This document shows, in pieces, positions 34,798 through 47,962 of a DNA stretch of 64,000 nt (position 1 is its first letter; each line of letters opens with the position of its first letter). A program made the position numbers and the translations under genes. The notes beneath the pieces are model-generated. The model searched no databases. It was given only the letters and a program-made list of their open reading frames with translations, and had not been told where the DNA came from. Location of the stretch: the NCBI GenBank assembly GCA_002269645.1, contig NIVC01000221.1, forward strand, positions 124,001-188,000, read 5' to 3'. The DNA comes from Macrostomum lignano (taxonomy: Eukaryota).

Positions 34798-37488
34798 TCC
34801 TATATACTAAAAATGTGATGTCTATATATATATATATATATATATATGTGTGATAGATTAGAGAAAAAATGGCTGGACCGATTTTGTTCGAACTAGCACT
34901 GTTCGATCAGAAATTTTCCCGTGACTGTACATGCATCGTGGCTAAGAAATTGCTCGATGCTAAAGGCATTAAATATTCGAAAAACATGCTTTTTTGCAAA
35001 GGTCAAGCAAACTTTTTGACTTGAAATGCATTGTAAGAATGCTAGAGAAAAAACTGACTGGTTGAATTCTGACTCTGAAATAGATTGCATCATAACTGAA
35101 TTGTAACTCCGACTTGAATTGAAAATGCAGTGTGGAAGCGTAGCACCAGACTTGATTTAAATTGCGTAACCATAATTGTTAACTGATACTGACTGACTGA
35201 GAAACTGATTATGTCATAACTGCTTCGTGTGATTTACTCTATGCTTGGATTTTAAAGTGTTGAATTATTTAAGTGCAAAATTTGATGTTATCAAAACGAT
35301 GAGAGCTAGCCTAGAGGTGAACAAACTGAACTGCCAAATGCAGCGACGATGGTTCGAATTTTCATAGAGTATAATTTTTTTAATTAAAACTTTTCAACGT
35401 CAGGAAAACTAAAAGACTTTTTAAAAAGAATTGCGTCATGTAAAATCATAGAAGCGTCATTAAAAAATCATAGAAGCGTCATGTAAAAAATCGTAGAAGC
35501 GTCATGTAAAAAATCTTAGAAGCGTCATGTAAAAAATCTTAGAAGCGTCATGTAAACAATCATAGAAGCGTCATGTAAACAATCATAGAAGCGTCATGTA
35601 AACAATCATAGAAGCGTCATGTAAACAATCATAGAAGCGTCATGTAAACAATCATAGAAGCGTCATGTAAACAATCATAGAAGCGTCATTTAAAAAATTA
35701 TAGAAGCGTCATTAAAAAATCATAGAAGCGTCATGTAAAAAATCGTAGAAGCGTCATGTAAAAAATCTTAAAAGCGTCATGTAAACAATCATAGAAGCGT
35801 CATGTAAACAATCATAGAAGTGTCATGTAAACAATCATAGAAGCGTCATGTAAACAATCATAGAAGCGTCATGTAAACAATCATAGAAGCGTCATGTAAA
35901 CAATCATAGAAGCGTCATGTAAAAAATCATAGAAGCGTCATGTAAACAATCATAGAAGCGTCAGGTAAACAATCATAGAAGCGTCATGTATTGAATCATA
36001 GAAGCGTCATGTAAACAATCATAGAAGCGTCATGTAAACAATCATAGAAGCGCCATGTAAAAAATCATAGAAGCGTCATATAAAAACATAGAAGCGTCAT
36101 TTAAAAAATCATAGAAGTGTCATGTAAAAAATCATAGAAGCATCATGTAAACAATCATAGAAGCGACATGTAAACAATCATAGAAGCGTCGTGTAAAAAT
36201 CATAGAAGCGTCATGTAAAAAATCATAGAAGCGTCATGTAAACAATCATAGAAGCGTCATGTAAATAATCATAGAAGCGTCATGTAAAAATCATAGAAGC
36301 GTCAAGAAAAAATCATAGAAGCCTCATTTAAAAACTAATGAAAGTGTCATTTAAAAAATTAAGAAGCGTCACGGTAGAATAAAAGAAACGTCATGTCAGA
36401 CATGAAGGGTTCATGTAAAAATTAAATGCAACTATAGTGCTGTGCTGGGGAGAAAAACTGAGACGTAAAGGCTCTCAGAGAATAACTGAGATTACGGGGG
36501 GGGTTTCTGAGATGTCAAAGCAAAAGTCAGAAGCTACTTCAAAGTTCATGTCACGGGGGGGGCGCTGATAGAAGAAAAGTCATGTAAAAAATAAAAGTAG
36601 CACTATGTATACATAAAAGAAAAGTCATGTCGAAGTTAAAAGATTCATTTGGGAATTGCTACGATGTCAAAGCTTGGTGGAAATCGTTATAGTGCTGTGA
36701 TTCTTAAAGAAGGAATCACTAAAATGTCAAGGCTTAGGGGAGAAGAATTGCTGAGATTTCAAGGCTTTAGGTTGGGTTAAAGTTAGGTTTAGGTCAGGTG
36801 TGGGTTGAGGGTTATATTTTATCGGGTTTCAAGGTTAACAGGGGATTTTTTAGATTTCAATGTTTATGGGGGCCATTGCTGACATGTCAAGGCTTACGGG
36901 GGGAATAGCTGACATGTCAAGGCTCACGGGGTATAAATAAGATTTCAAGGCTAAAGTCAGAAGCTACATGTAGTTTATTGAAAACTTTTTATTACATTAT
37001 TTGATGCCTCCTCAGGGGAGGGATCGCTGATAAAAAAAGCGTAATGTAAAAAATAAAAGAAGCTTCATGTCGAATTTAAGAGATTCATTTGGGAATCCCT
37101 ACGATGTCGAGGCTTGCAGGGAATCGCTATAATGCTGTAGTAGTGCTATAATGACTCTTAGAGAGAATTACTGAAATTTCAATGCTTTAGGGTTAGGTTA
37201 GGGTTAGGGTTAGATTAGGGTTAGGGCTAGGGTTAGGGTTAGGGTTAGGCTAGGGTTAGGGTTAGAAGGTTGACAGATATTTTTAGATTTCCAAGGCTTA
37301 TTGGGGGCATTGCTGAGATGTCAAGGGGGGAAGTTGATATGTTAAAGCTTGTGGGGGGGGATAACTGACATGTCAAGGCTTACAAGGTTTGACAGGAGAT
37401 TTTTTAAGATGTCAAGGATACATGTAGCTTATTAAAAAAACGTGTATTGCATTTCTTTGGCTCCCCAACGGGGGGCGTAGATTGCTAG
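34798..37488 (+). mobile_element. Helitron unit 0 (divergent subfamily)
   Basis: Same head as units 1-4 but a different 23-nt array (AAACAATCATAGAAGCGTCATGT, about 35425-36370); ends CCCCAACGGGGGGCGTAGATTGCTAG. Confidence 0.8.
37187..37265 (+). repeat. Interstitial (TTAGGG)n, about 13 imperfect units
   Basis: Directly visible inside Helitron unit 0. Confidence 0.9.
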
Positions 37489-37512
37489 TAGATGCTATTT
37501 TCCTTCCTTCCT

Positions 37513-40500
37513 TCCTATATACTAAAAATGAGTTGTCTGTATGTGGGTAGGTATGCGATAGATTTCAGAAAAAATGGCTCAACCGATTTTCTTCAAACTT
37601 GCACCATTCGATCAGAAATTTTCCTGGGACGGTACATGCATCTTGGCTAAGAAATTGCTCAATTTTAAAGGGATTAAATATTCGAAAAACATGCTTTTTT
37701 GCAAAGGTCAAGCAAAAATTTCGACTTGAAATGCATTGTAAGAATGCTAGAGAAAAAACTGACTGGCTGAATTTCAATTGTGATAAAGATTGCATCACAA
37801 CAAGGTGAAAACAGTGCCACAGAAACGCACACAAGACTTGATTAAAATTGCGTAACAATATTGCTAACTTAAATTAAGACTGATACTGGCTGACTGAGAA
37901 ATTGATTATGTCATAAATTTTTACTCTAACCGACTTGCTGTAAGAATTGAATTATAAGAGCCACAATTCATGTGCTCCAATTGAAGAAAGATAGCCTAGA
38001 TGCGAACAGACTGGACTGCTAATGTAGCGACCTGGGTTCGAATCTTGGTAGCGCAAAATGATTTTTTTATTAAAACACCTTAAAAACAAAAAACTGCTAA
38101 ACATAAAAGAAGCGCAATGTCAAACATACAAAAGCCACCATGTCAAACATAAAAGAGCCACCATTTCGAACAAAAAAAGAGTTACCATTAAGAACATTAA
38201 AGAGCCACCATGTCGAACATTAAAGAGCCACCTTATCAAACATTAAAGAGCCACCATGTCGAACATTAAAGAGCCACCATGTCGAAACATTAAAGAGCCA
38301 CCATGTCAAACATAAAACAGACACCATTAAGAACATTAAAGAGCCACCATGGCGAACATTAAAAAGCCACCATGTCAAACATTAAAGAGCCACCATTTCA
38401 AACCTAAAAGAGCCACCATGTCGAACATTAAAGAGCCACCTTATCAAACATTAAAGAGCCACCATGTCGAACATAAAAGATCTACCATGTAGAACATAAA
38501 AGAGTCACCATGTCAAACATTAAAGAGCCACCATGTAAAACATTAAAGAGCCACCATTTCGAACATTATTGAGCCACCATGTCCGACATTAAAGAGCCAC
38601 CATATCAAACATAAAAGAACTACCATGTCAAACATTAAAGAGCCACCATGTCGAACATAAAAGGGCCACCATGTCAAATATTAAAAAGCCACCATGTCAA
38701 ACATTAAAGAGCCACCATGCCAAACATTAAAGAGCCAGCATGTCAAACATTTAAGAGCCACCATGTCGAACATTATTGAGCCACCATGTCAGACATTAAA
38801 GAGCCACCATGCCAAACATAAAAGAGCCACCATATCAAACATAAAAGAACTAACATGTCAAACATTAAAGAGCCACCATGTCGAACATTATTGAGCCACC
38901 ATGTCGAACATAAAAGAGCCACCATGCCAAACATAAAAGAGCCGCCATGTCAAACATAAAAAAGCCACCATGTCAACCATAAAAGAACCACCACGTCAAG
39001 CATATACATTACTCCATGTCAAACATTAAAGAGCCACAATGTCAAACACAAAAGAGCCACCATGTCAAACATAGAAGAGACACCATGTCGAACAACTAAG
39101 CCACCATGTCAAACATAACAGAGACACCATGTCAAACATTAAAGAGCCACCATGTCAAATATTAAAGAACCACGATGTCAATCATTAAAGAGCCACTATG
39201 TCAAACATATACGTGACTCCATGTCAAACATTAAAGAGCTACCATGTCAAACATAGAAGAGCCACCATGTCAAACATAAAAAGAAGTGTCATGCCAAACA
39301 AAATGGAGCCACTATAAAGCTAAGGAAATTATTGCACTAGCTACTTGATGTCTGGTGGATGCTTGCTATTTAAGGATGGATACTTGCTATCAGGGGGATG
39401 CTTGCTATCTGAGTGATGCTTGCTATTGGGGGAGGGATGCTTGCTATCGGAAGAATGCTTGCTATCTGGGGTAACTTGCTATTGGGGGATGCTTGCTCTT
39501 GGGGAGTGGAGGGTACTTGCTATCTGAGAGGGGGTTGCTAGCTATCTATAAGGATTCTTTGTATCCAGGGATGCTTGCTATCTGGGGGATGGTTGCATGC
39601 TGTCTGGGGATGGTTGCATGCTGTCTAGGGATGCTTGCATGCTGTCTGGGGATGCTTGCATGCTGTCTGGGGATGCTTGCTATCTGGGCGATTCTTGCTA
39701 TCTGGGAGATGCTTGCTATCTGGGGGATGCTTGCATGCTGTCTGGGGATGCTTGCTATCTGGGGGATGCTTGCGTGCTGTCTGGGGATGCTTGCTATATC
39801 TGGGGGATTCGTGCTATCTGGGAGATGCTTGCATGCTGTCTGGGGATGCTTGCTATCTGGGGGATTCTTGCTATTTGGGGGATGCTTGCTATCTGGGCGA
39901 TTCTTGCTATCTGGGAGATGCTTGCTATCTGGGGGATGCTTGCATGCTGTCTGGGGATGCTTGCTATCTGGGGGATTCTTGCTATCTGGGGGATGCTTGC
40001 GTGCTGTCTGGGGATGCTTGCGTGCTGTCTGGGGGATTCGTGCTATCTGGGAGATGCTTGCATGCTATCTGGGGATGCTTGCTATATCTGGGGGATTCGT
40101 GCTATCTGGGAGATGCTTGCATGCTGTCTGGGGATGCTTGCTATCTGGGGGATGCTTGCGTGCTGTCTGGGGATGCTTGCTATCTGGGAGATTCGTGCTA
40201 TCTGGGAGATGCTTGCATGCTGTCTGGGGATGCTTGCTATCTGGGGGATGCTTGCTATCTGGGGATGCTTGCGTGCTGTCTGGGGATGCTTGCTATATCT
40301 GGGGGATTCGTGCTATCTGGGAGATGCTTGCATGCTGTCTAGGGATGCTTGCTATCTGGGGGATTCGTGCTATCTGGAAGATGCTTGCATGCTGTCTGGG
40401 GATGCTTGCTATCTGGGGGATTCGTGCTATTTGGGAGATGCTTGCATGCTATCTGGGAGATGCTTGCATGCTATCTGGGAGATGCTTGCATGCTGTCTGG

Positions 40501-40632
40501 GGATGTTTTCTTTACAGATGGAATGTCTGTTGTCTTTGTGAAAGCTTTATTTCGCTGTCTTTTTGTTACTTTTAGAGAACAGATATTCTATTTAGAATTT
40601 AGATGTCCCCCATCGGGGGCGAAGATTGCTAG
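37513..40632 (+). mobile_element. Helitron unit 1
   Basis: About 600-bp head, 23-nt array (about 38100-39310), 18-nt GGGGGATGCTTGCTATCT array (about 39355-40500), hairpin and CTAG. Confidence 0.85.
37992..38068 (+). ncRNA. tRNA-derived Pol III-type cassette in the Helitron head (copies near 35307, 41104, 45020, 48439)
   Basis: A-box TAGCCTAGATG, GGACTGCTAAT (tRNA-Ser GCT anticodon-loop-like), B-box GGTTCGAATC, then a T-run of 7 or more. It does not fold as a full cloverleaf. Confidence 0.55.
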
Positions 40633-43600
40633 TCCTATATACTAAAAATGAGTTGTCTGTCAGTATGCGATAGATTTCAGAAAAAATGGCTCAACCGATT
40701 TTCTTCAAACTTGCACCATTCGATCAGAAATTTTCCTGGCACGGTACATGCATCCTGGCTAAGAAATTGCTCAATGTTAAAGGGATTAAATATTCGAAAA
40801 ACATGCTTTTTTGCAAAGGTCAGGCCAAATTTTCGACTTGAAATGCATTGTAAGAATGCTAGAGAAAAAACTGACTGGCTGAATTCCGATTGTGATAAAG
40901 ATTGCATCACAACAAGTTGAAAACAGTGTCAAAGCAATGCACACACGACTTGAATGAAATTGCGTAACCATATTGCCAACTTAAATTAAGACTGATTCTG
41001 GCTGACTGAGAAATTGATTATGTCATAACTTTTTACTCCAATTGACTTGCTGTAAGAATTGAATTATAAGGGCCACAATTCATGTTCTCCAATTGAAAAA
41101 AGATAGCCCTGATGCAAACAGACTGGAATGCTAATGTAGCGACCTGGGTTCGAATCTTAGTAGTGCAAAAAAGATTTTTTTTATTAAAACACCTTAAAAA
41201 CACAAAACTGCTAAACATGTCGAACATTAAAGAGCCAACATATTGAACATAAAAGAGTTACCATGTCAAACATAAAAGAGCCAGCATGTCAAACCTAAAC
41301 GAGCCACCATGTCTAATATTTAAGAGGCACCATTTCGAACATTAAAGAGCCACCATTTCGAACATTAAAGAGCCACCATGTCGACCATAAAAGAGCCACT
41401 ATTTCGAACATCAAAGAGCCACTATGTCAAACATTTAGGAGCCACTTTTTTCGAACATTAAAGAGCCACCATGTCAAACATAAAAGAGATAACATGTCAG
41501 ACATCAAAAAAGCCACCGTATCAAATATAAAAAAGTTACCATGTAGAACAAAAAAGAGCCACCATTTCGAACAAAAAAGAGCCAACATGTCAGACATAAA
41601 AGAGCCACCATGTCAAACATAAAAGAGCCAACATGTCAAACATAAAGAGCCACCATGTCAAACATAAAGAGCCACCATGTCAAACATATATGTGACTTTA
41701 TGTCAAACATTAAAGAGCCACCATTACGAACATAACAGAGCTACCATGTCAAACATTAAAGAGCCACCATGTCGAACATAAAAGAGCCACCATGTAAAAC
41801 ATTAAAGAGCCACCATGTCTAACATTAAAGAGCCACCATGTCGAACATTAAAGAGCCACCATTTCGAACAAAAAAGAGCCACCATGTCGAACATAAAAGA
41901 GCCGCCATGTAAAACATTAAAGAGCCACCATGTCAAACATTAAAGAGCCACCATGTCGAACATTAAAGAGCCACCATGTCGAATATTAAAGAGCCACCAT
42001 GTCGAACATTAAAGAGCCACCATGTCAAACATTAAAAGTCACCATGTTAAACATTAAAGAGCCACCATATCAAGCATAAAAGAGCCACCATGTCAAACCT
42101 AAAAGAGCCACCATGTCGAAAATTTAAGAGCCAAAATGTAGAATATAAAAGAGCCACCATGTCAACCATATATGTGACTTTATGTCAAACATTTAAGAGC
42201 CACCATGTTAAACCTAAAAGAGCCACCATGTAAAACCTAAAAGAGCCATCATGTCAAACCTAAAAGAGCCACCATGACGAACACTTAAGAGTCACAATGT
42301 AAAATATTAAAGGGCCACCATTTCGAACATATAAGTGAATTTATGTCAAACATTAAAGAGCCACCATGTCAAACATTAAAGAGCCACCATGTAAAACATT
42401 AAAGAGCCACCATTTCGATCATTAAGGAGCCACCATGTCAAACATTTAAAAGCCACCTTGTCAAACATTAAATAGCCACTTTGTCGAACATTAAAGAGCC
42501 ACTGTGTCAAACATAAAAGAGCCACCAGGTTAAACATTAAAGAGCCACCATGTCAAACATAGAAGAGCCACCATGTCAGATATTAAAAAGAGCCACCATG
42601 TCGAACATTAAAGAGCCACCATTTCGAAAATTAAGAGCCACCATGTAGAATATTAAAGAGCCACCATGTCGAACATTAAAGAGCCACCATGTCAAACATA
42701 TATGTGACTTTATGTCAAACATATATGTGACTTTATGTCAAACATATATGTGACTTTATGTCAAACATATATGTGACTTTATGTCAAACATATATGTGAC
42801 TTTATGTCAAACATATATGTGACTTTATGTCAAACATATATGTGACTTTATGTCAAACATTAAAGTGAAGTGAAACGAAGGCGCCGTTAGCAAGAGCATG
42901 GGAGAAATCAGCCGACACGCGCGTGGTGCGTGAACAAGCATCCAGCCTTGGCAGCAACTCCCCAGATGCACAAGATCTGCATGCCTAAAAATAGTCCTGA
43001 TGATCGGCGAGCAAGAAGCCCAGCCATGAGACCCTCGCGTGATGCATGCACAACCTCTGACCGACACTGCCTATTGGGCCTCGAAATCCCACTCTCTCTC
43101 TCCCTACTGCTCCTATTCCTCGTTGCTCGCGTACAGTGTGCTAGCTTATAAAATATACTGATTGAAGAGGAAAGATCCTCGCCTGAAGTTTGAGAATGTG
43201 ACTCTAGAGATCACACAGAGAAAGTTACCATCAGGTCCCTTGTTCGTTGTCTTCCTGAACTGTTGGCAGAAGGAAACGATAATATGGGAAAAACCCATAT
43301 AAATTGTTTCAAAAGAGCCACCATTTCGAACATTAAAGAGCCACCATGTCGAACATTAAAGAGCCACCATGTCGAACATTAAAGAGCCACCATGTAAAAC
43401 ATTAAAGAGCCACATTGTCAAACATAAAAGAGCCATTATGTCGTACATTAAAGAGCCGCCATGTCAAAACATAAAAGTGCCATCATGTCAAACCTAAAAG
43501 AGCCACCATGTCTAACATAAAAGAGCCACCATATCGAAAATTAAAGAGCCACCATGTCAAACATAAATCTGGCATGATGTCAAGCATTAAAGTGCCACCA

Positions 43601-44541
43601 TATCGAACATTAAAGAGCCACCATGTCTAACAGTAAAAAGCCACCATGTCGAACAATAAAGGGCCACCATGTAAAACATTAAAAAGCCACCATGTCGAAC
43701 ATTAAAGAGCCACCATGTCAAACATTAAAGATCCACCATGTCAAACATAGAAGAGCCACCATGTCAAGCATAGAAGAGCCACCATGTCTAACATTAAATA
43801 GCCACTATGTCGAACATTAAAGAGCCACTATGTCTAACATTAAAGAGCCACCATGTCTAACAGTAAAAAGCCGCCATGTCGAACATAGGAGACGCAATTT
43901 TAAACGTAAAAAGAAGCGTCATGCCAATCACAAAGGAGCCATTATAAAGCTAAGGAAATTGTTGCACTTGCTACTTATTGTCCGGTGGATGCTTGCTATT
44001 TAAAGATCAATACTTGCTATCAATTGGTTGCTTGCTATCTGGGGTGCTTGCTATCTTGGGGTGCTTGCTATCACTTGGTTGCTTGCTATCAATTGGTTGC
44101 TTGCTATCTGGGGTGCTTGCTATCTGGGGGTGCTTGCTATCTGGGGGTGCTTGCTATCTGGGGGTGCTTGCCATCTGGGAGAGCCTGCTATCTGGGGGTG
44201 CTTGCTATCTGGGGTGCTTGCTATCTGGGGGTGCCTGCTATCTGGGGGTGCTTGCTATCTTGGGGTGCTTGCTATCTGGGGGTACTTGCTATCTGGGGGT
44301 GCCTGCTATCTGGGGGTGCTTGCTATCTGGGGGTGCTTGCTATCTGGGGTGCTTGCTATCTGGGGGTGCTTGCTAACTGGGGGGATGCTTGCTGTCTTAG
44401 GATGTTTTCTTTTTGCATTGCACTTCATCTGAGCAGTTTTTCTATTGACTATGTGAAGGCTTTGTTTGGCCATCTTATTGATACTTGTAGAGAACAGAGA
44501 TTGTATCTAGATGTCCCCCATCGGGGGGCGAAGATTGCTAG
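40633..44541 (+). mobile_element. Helitron unit 2 (contains a solo LTR)
   Basis: Direct CTAG|TC junctions on both sides; same modular layout as unit 1. Confidence 0.85.
42866..43311 (+). mobile_element. Solo LTR (446 bp) inserted in the 23-nt minisatellite
   Basis: TGAA...TTCA termini; 4-bp TSD AAAG (42862-42865 and 43312-43315). The empty site restores CATTAAAG-AGCCACC. TATA-like TATAAAAT at 43147. Confidence 0.8.
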
Positions 44542-47500
44542 TCCTATATACTAAAAATGAAATGTCTGTAACTAACTAGCTATGCGATAGATTTCAGAAA
44601 AAATGGCTCAACCGATTTTCTTCAAACTTGCACCATTCGATCAGAAATGTTCCTGGGACGGTACATGTATCTTGGCTAAGAAATTGCTCAATGTTAAAGG
44701 GATTAAATATTCGAAAAACATGCTTTTTTGCAAAGGTCAAGCCAAATTTTTGACTTGAAATGCATTGTAAGAATGCTAGAGAAAAAACTGACTGGCTGAA
44801 TTACGATTGTGATAAAGATTGCATCACAACAAGGTGAAAACAGTGCCACAGAAACGCACACAAGACTTCATTGAAATTGCGTAACCATATTGCTAACTTG
44901 AATTGAGACTGATACTGGCTGACTGAGAAATTGATTATGTCATAACTTTTTACTCTTACCGACTTGCTATAAGTATTGAATTATAGGGCCACAAGTCATG
45001 TTCTCCAATTGAAAAGAGATAGCCGGATGCAAACAGACTGGAATGCTAATGTAGCGACCTTGGTTCGAATCTTAGTGGTGAAAAATGTTTTTTTTATTAA
45101 AACACGTTAAAAAACACAAAATTCTCAACATTAAAGAGCCACCATGTCGAAACATTAAAGAGCCACCATTTCAAACATTAAAGAGCCACAATGTCAAACA
45201 TTAAAGAGCCACCATGTCGAACATAAAAGAGCCACCATATCAAACATACAAGAGTTACCATTTCAAACCTAAAAGAGCCACCATGTCGAACATTAAAAAG
45301 CCACCACGTCAAACATTAAAGAGCCGCCAGGTCAAACATAAAACAGACACCATTAAGAACATTAAAGAGCCACCATGTCGAACATTAAAGAGCCACCATG
45401 TCAAACATAAAACAGCCACCATTTCGAAAATTAAAGAGCCACCATTTTAAACATTAAAGAGCCACCTTGTCAAATATTAAAGAGCCACAATGTCAAACAT
45501 TAAAGAGCCACCTTATCAAACATTAAAGAGCCACCATGTCAAACATTAAAGAGCCACCATGTAAAACATTAAAGAGCCACCATGTCGAACATAAAAGAGG
45601 TACCATGTCAAACATTAAAGAGCCACCAGGTCAAACATGAAAGTGCCACCATGTCAAATATTAAAAAGCCACCATGTCAAACATTAAAGAGCCACCAGGT
45701 CAAACATGAAAGTGCCACCAGGTCAAACATATACATGACTCCATGTCAAACATTAAAGAGCCACCATGTCGAACATAAAAGGGCCACCATGTCAAATATT
45801 AAAGAGCCACCATGTCAAACATTAAAGAGCCACCAGGTCAAACATGAAAGTGCCACCATGTAAAACATTAAAGAGCCACCATGTCAAACATTAAAGAGCC
45901 ACCAGGTCAAACATATACATGACTCCATGTCAAACATTAAAGAGCCACCATGTCGAACATAAAAGGGCCACCATGTCAAATATTAAAGAGCCACCATGTC
46001 AAACATTAAAGAGCCACCAGGTCAAACATGAAAGTGCCACCATGTAAAACATTAAAGAGCCACCATGTCGAACATTTAAGAAGCACCATGTCAAACATAA
46101 AATAGCCACCATGTGAAACATATAGGTGACTCCATGTAAAACATTAAAGAGCTACCATACCAGACATATACATGACTCCATGTCAAACATATACGTGACT
46201 CCATGTTAGACATTTAAGAGCCACCATGTCGAACATTAAAGAGCCAACGTGTTAAAAATACAAGAGCCACCAGGTCAAACATATATATGACTCCATGTCA
46301 AACATTAAAGAGCCACCATGTCGAACATAAAAGGGCCACCATGTCAAATATTAAAGAGCCACCATGTCAAACATTTAAGAGCCACCATGTCAAACATATA
46401 CATGACTCTATGTCAAACGTTAAAGAGACACCATGTCAAACATTACAGAGCCACCATGTCAAACATTTAAGAGCCACCAGGTCAAACATGAAAGTGCCAC
46501 CATGTAAAACATTAAAGAGCCACCATGTCAAACATATACGTAACTCCATGTCAAACATTGAAGAGACCCCATGTCAAACATTAAAGAGCCACCACGTCGA
46601 ACATAAAAGAGCCACCATGTAAAACATATACGTAACTCCATGTCAAACATTGAAGCGACACCATGTCGAACATAAAAGAGCCACCATGTCGAACATTAAA
46701 GAGCCACCATGTCGAACATAAAAGAGCTACCATGTCAAACATTAAAGAGCCACCATGTTAAACATAAAAGAGCCATCATGTCAAACATATAAGTGACTTT
46801 ATGTCGAACATTAAAGAGCCACCATGTCTAACATTAAAGAGCCACCATGTCCAACATTAAAGAGCCACCATGTCAAAAATTAAAGAGCCACCATGTCTAT
46901 CATTAAAGAGCCATCATGTCAAACATTAAAGAGCTACTTTGTCTAACATTAAAGAGCCACCATGTCAAACATTAAAGAGCTACTTTGTCTAACATTAAAG
47001 AGCCACCATGTCAAACATTAAAGAGCCATCATGCCAAACATTAAAGAGCCACCATGTCAAACATAAAAGAGCCACCTTTTTGAACATTAAAAAGCCACTT
47101 TGTAAAACATAGAAGAGCCCCCATGTCAAACATAGAAGAGCCCCCATGTCAAACATAGAAGAGCCCCCATGTCAAACATAGAAGAGCCCCCATGTCAAAC
47201 ATAGAAGAGCCACTATGTCAGACATTGAAAAGCCACCGTATCAAACATAAAAGAGTTACCATGTACGAGCGTAGAACATAAAAGAGCCACCCTGTTAAAC
47301 AAAAAGATACACAATTTCAAACGTAAAAGTAAGCGAATTTTAAAGGAGCCGCTATAATGCTAAGGAAATTGTCGCACTAGCTACTTATTGTCTGGTGGAT
47401 GCTTGCTATTTGGGGATGCTATCTATCTTGGGGATGCTTGCTATCTGGGGGATGCTTGCTATCTGGGGGATGCTTGCTATCTGGGGGATGCTTGCTATCT

Positions 47501-47962
47501 GGGGGATGCTTGCTATCTGGGGGATGCTTGCTATCTGGGGGATGCTTGCTATCTGGGGGATGCTTGCTATCTGGGGATGCTTGCTATCTGAGGGATGCTT
47601 GCTTTCTGGGGGATGCTTGCTATCTGGGGATGCTTGCTATCTGGGGGATGCTTGCTATCTGGGGGATGCTTGCTATCTGAGGGATGCTTGCTATCTTGGG
47701 GATGCTTGCTATCTGGGGGATGCTTGCAATCTGGGGGATGCTTGCTATCTGGGGGATGCTTGCCATCTTGGGGATGCTTGCTATCTAGGGGATGCTTGCT
47801 ATCTGGGGGATGCTTGCAGTCTTGGGATGATTTCTTTTTGCAATGCACTTCATTTGAGCAGTTTGTCTGTTGTCTTTTTGAAGGATTTTTGGCTGTCTTT
47901 TTGTTACTTTAGAAAACAGAGATTCTATCCAGATGTCCCCCATCGGGGGCGAAGATTGCTAG
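44542..47962 (+). mobile_element. Helitron unit 3
   Basis: Same layout; 23-nt array about 45125-47300 and 18-nt array about 47395-47825. Confidence 0.85.

Noticed and set aside
37992-38050. Functional tRNA-Ser(GCT) genes
   Set aside because: Acceptor and T stems do not pair properly and there is no long variable arm. Retained only as a tRNA-derived cassette.
39493-40645. Multi-pass membrane or Cys-rich ORFs (also 43978-44554, 47388-47997, 51006-51378)
   Set aside because: The 18-nt monomer is open in all three frames; these are Helitron-internal minisatellites.
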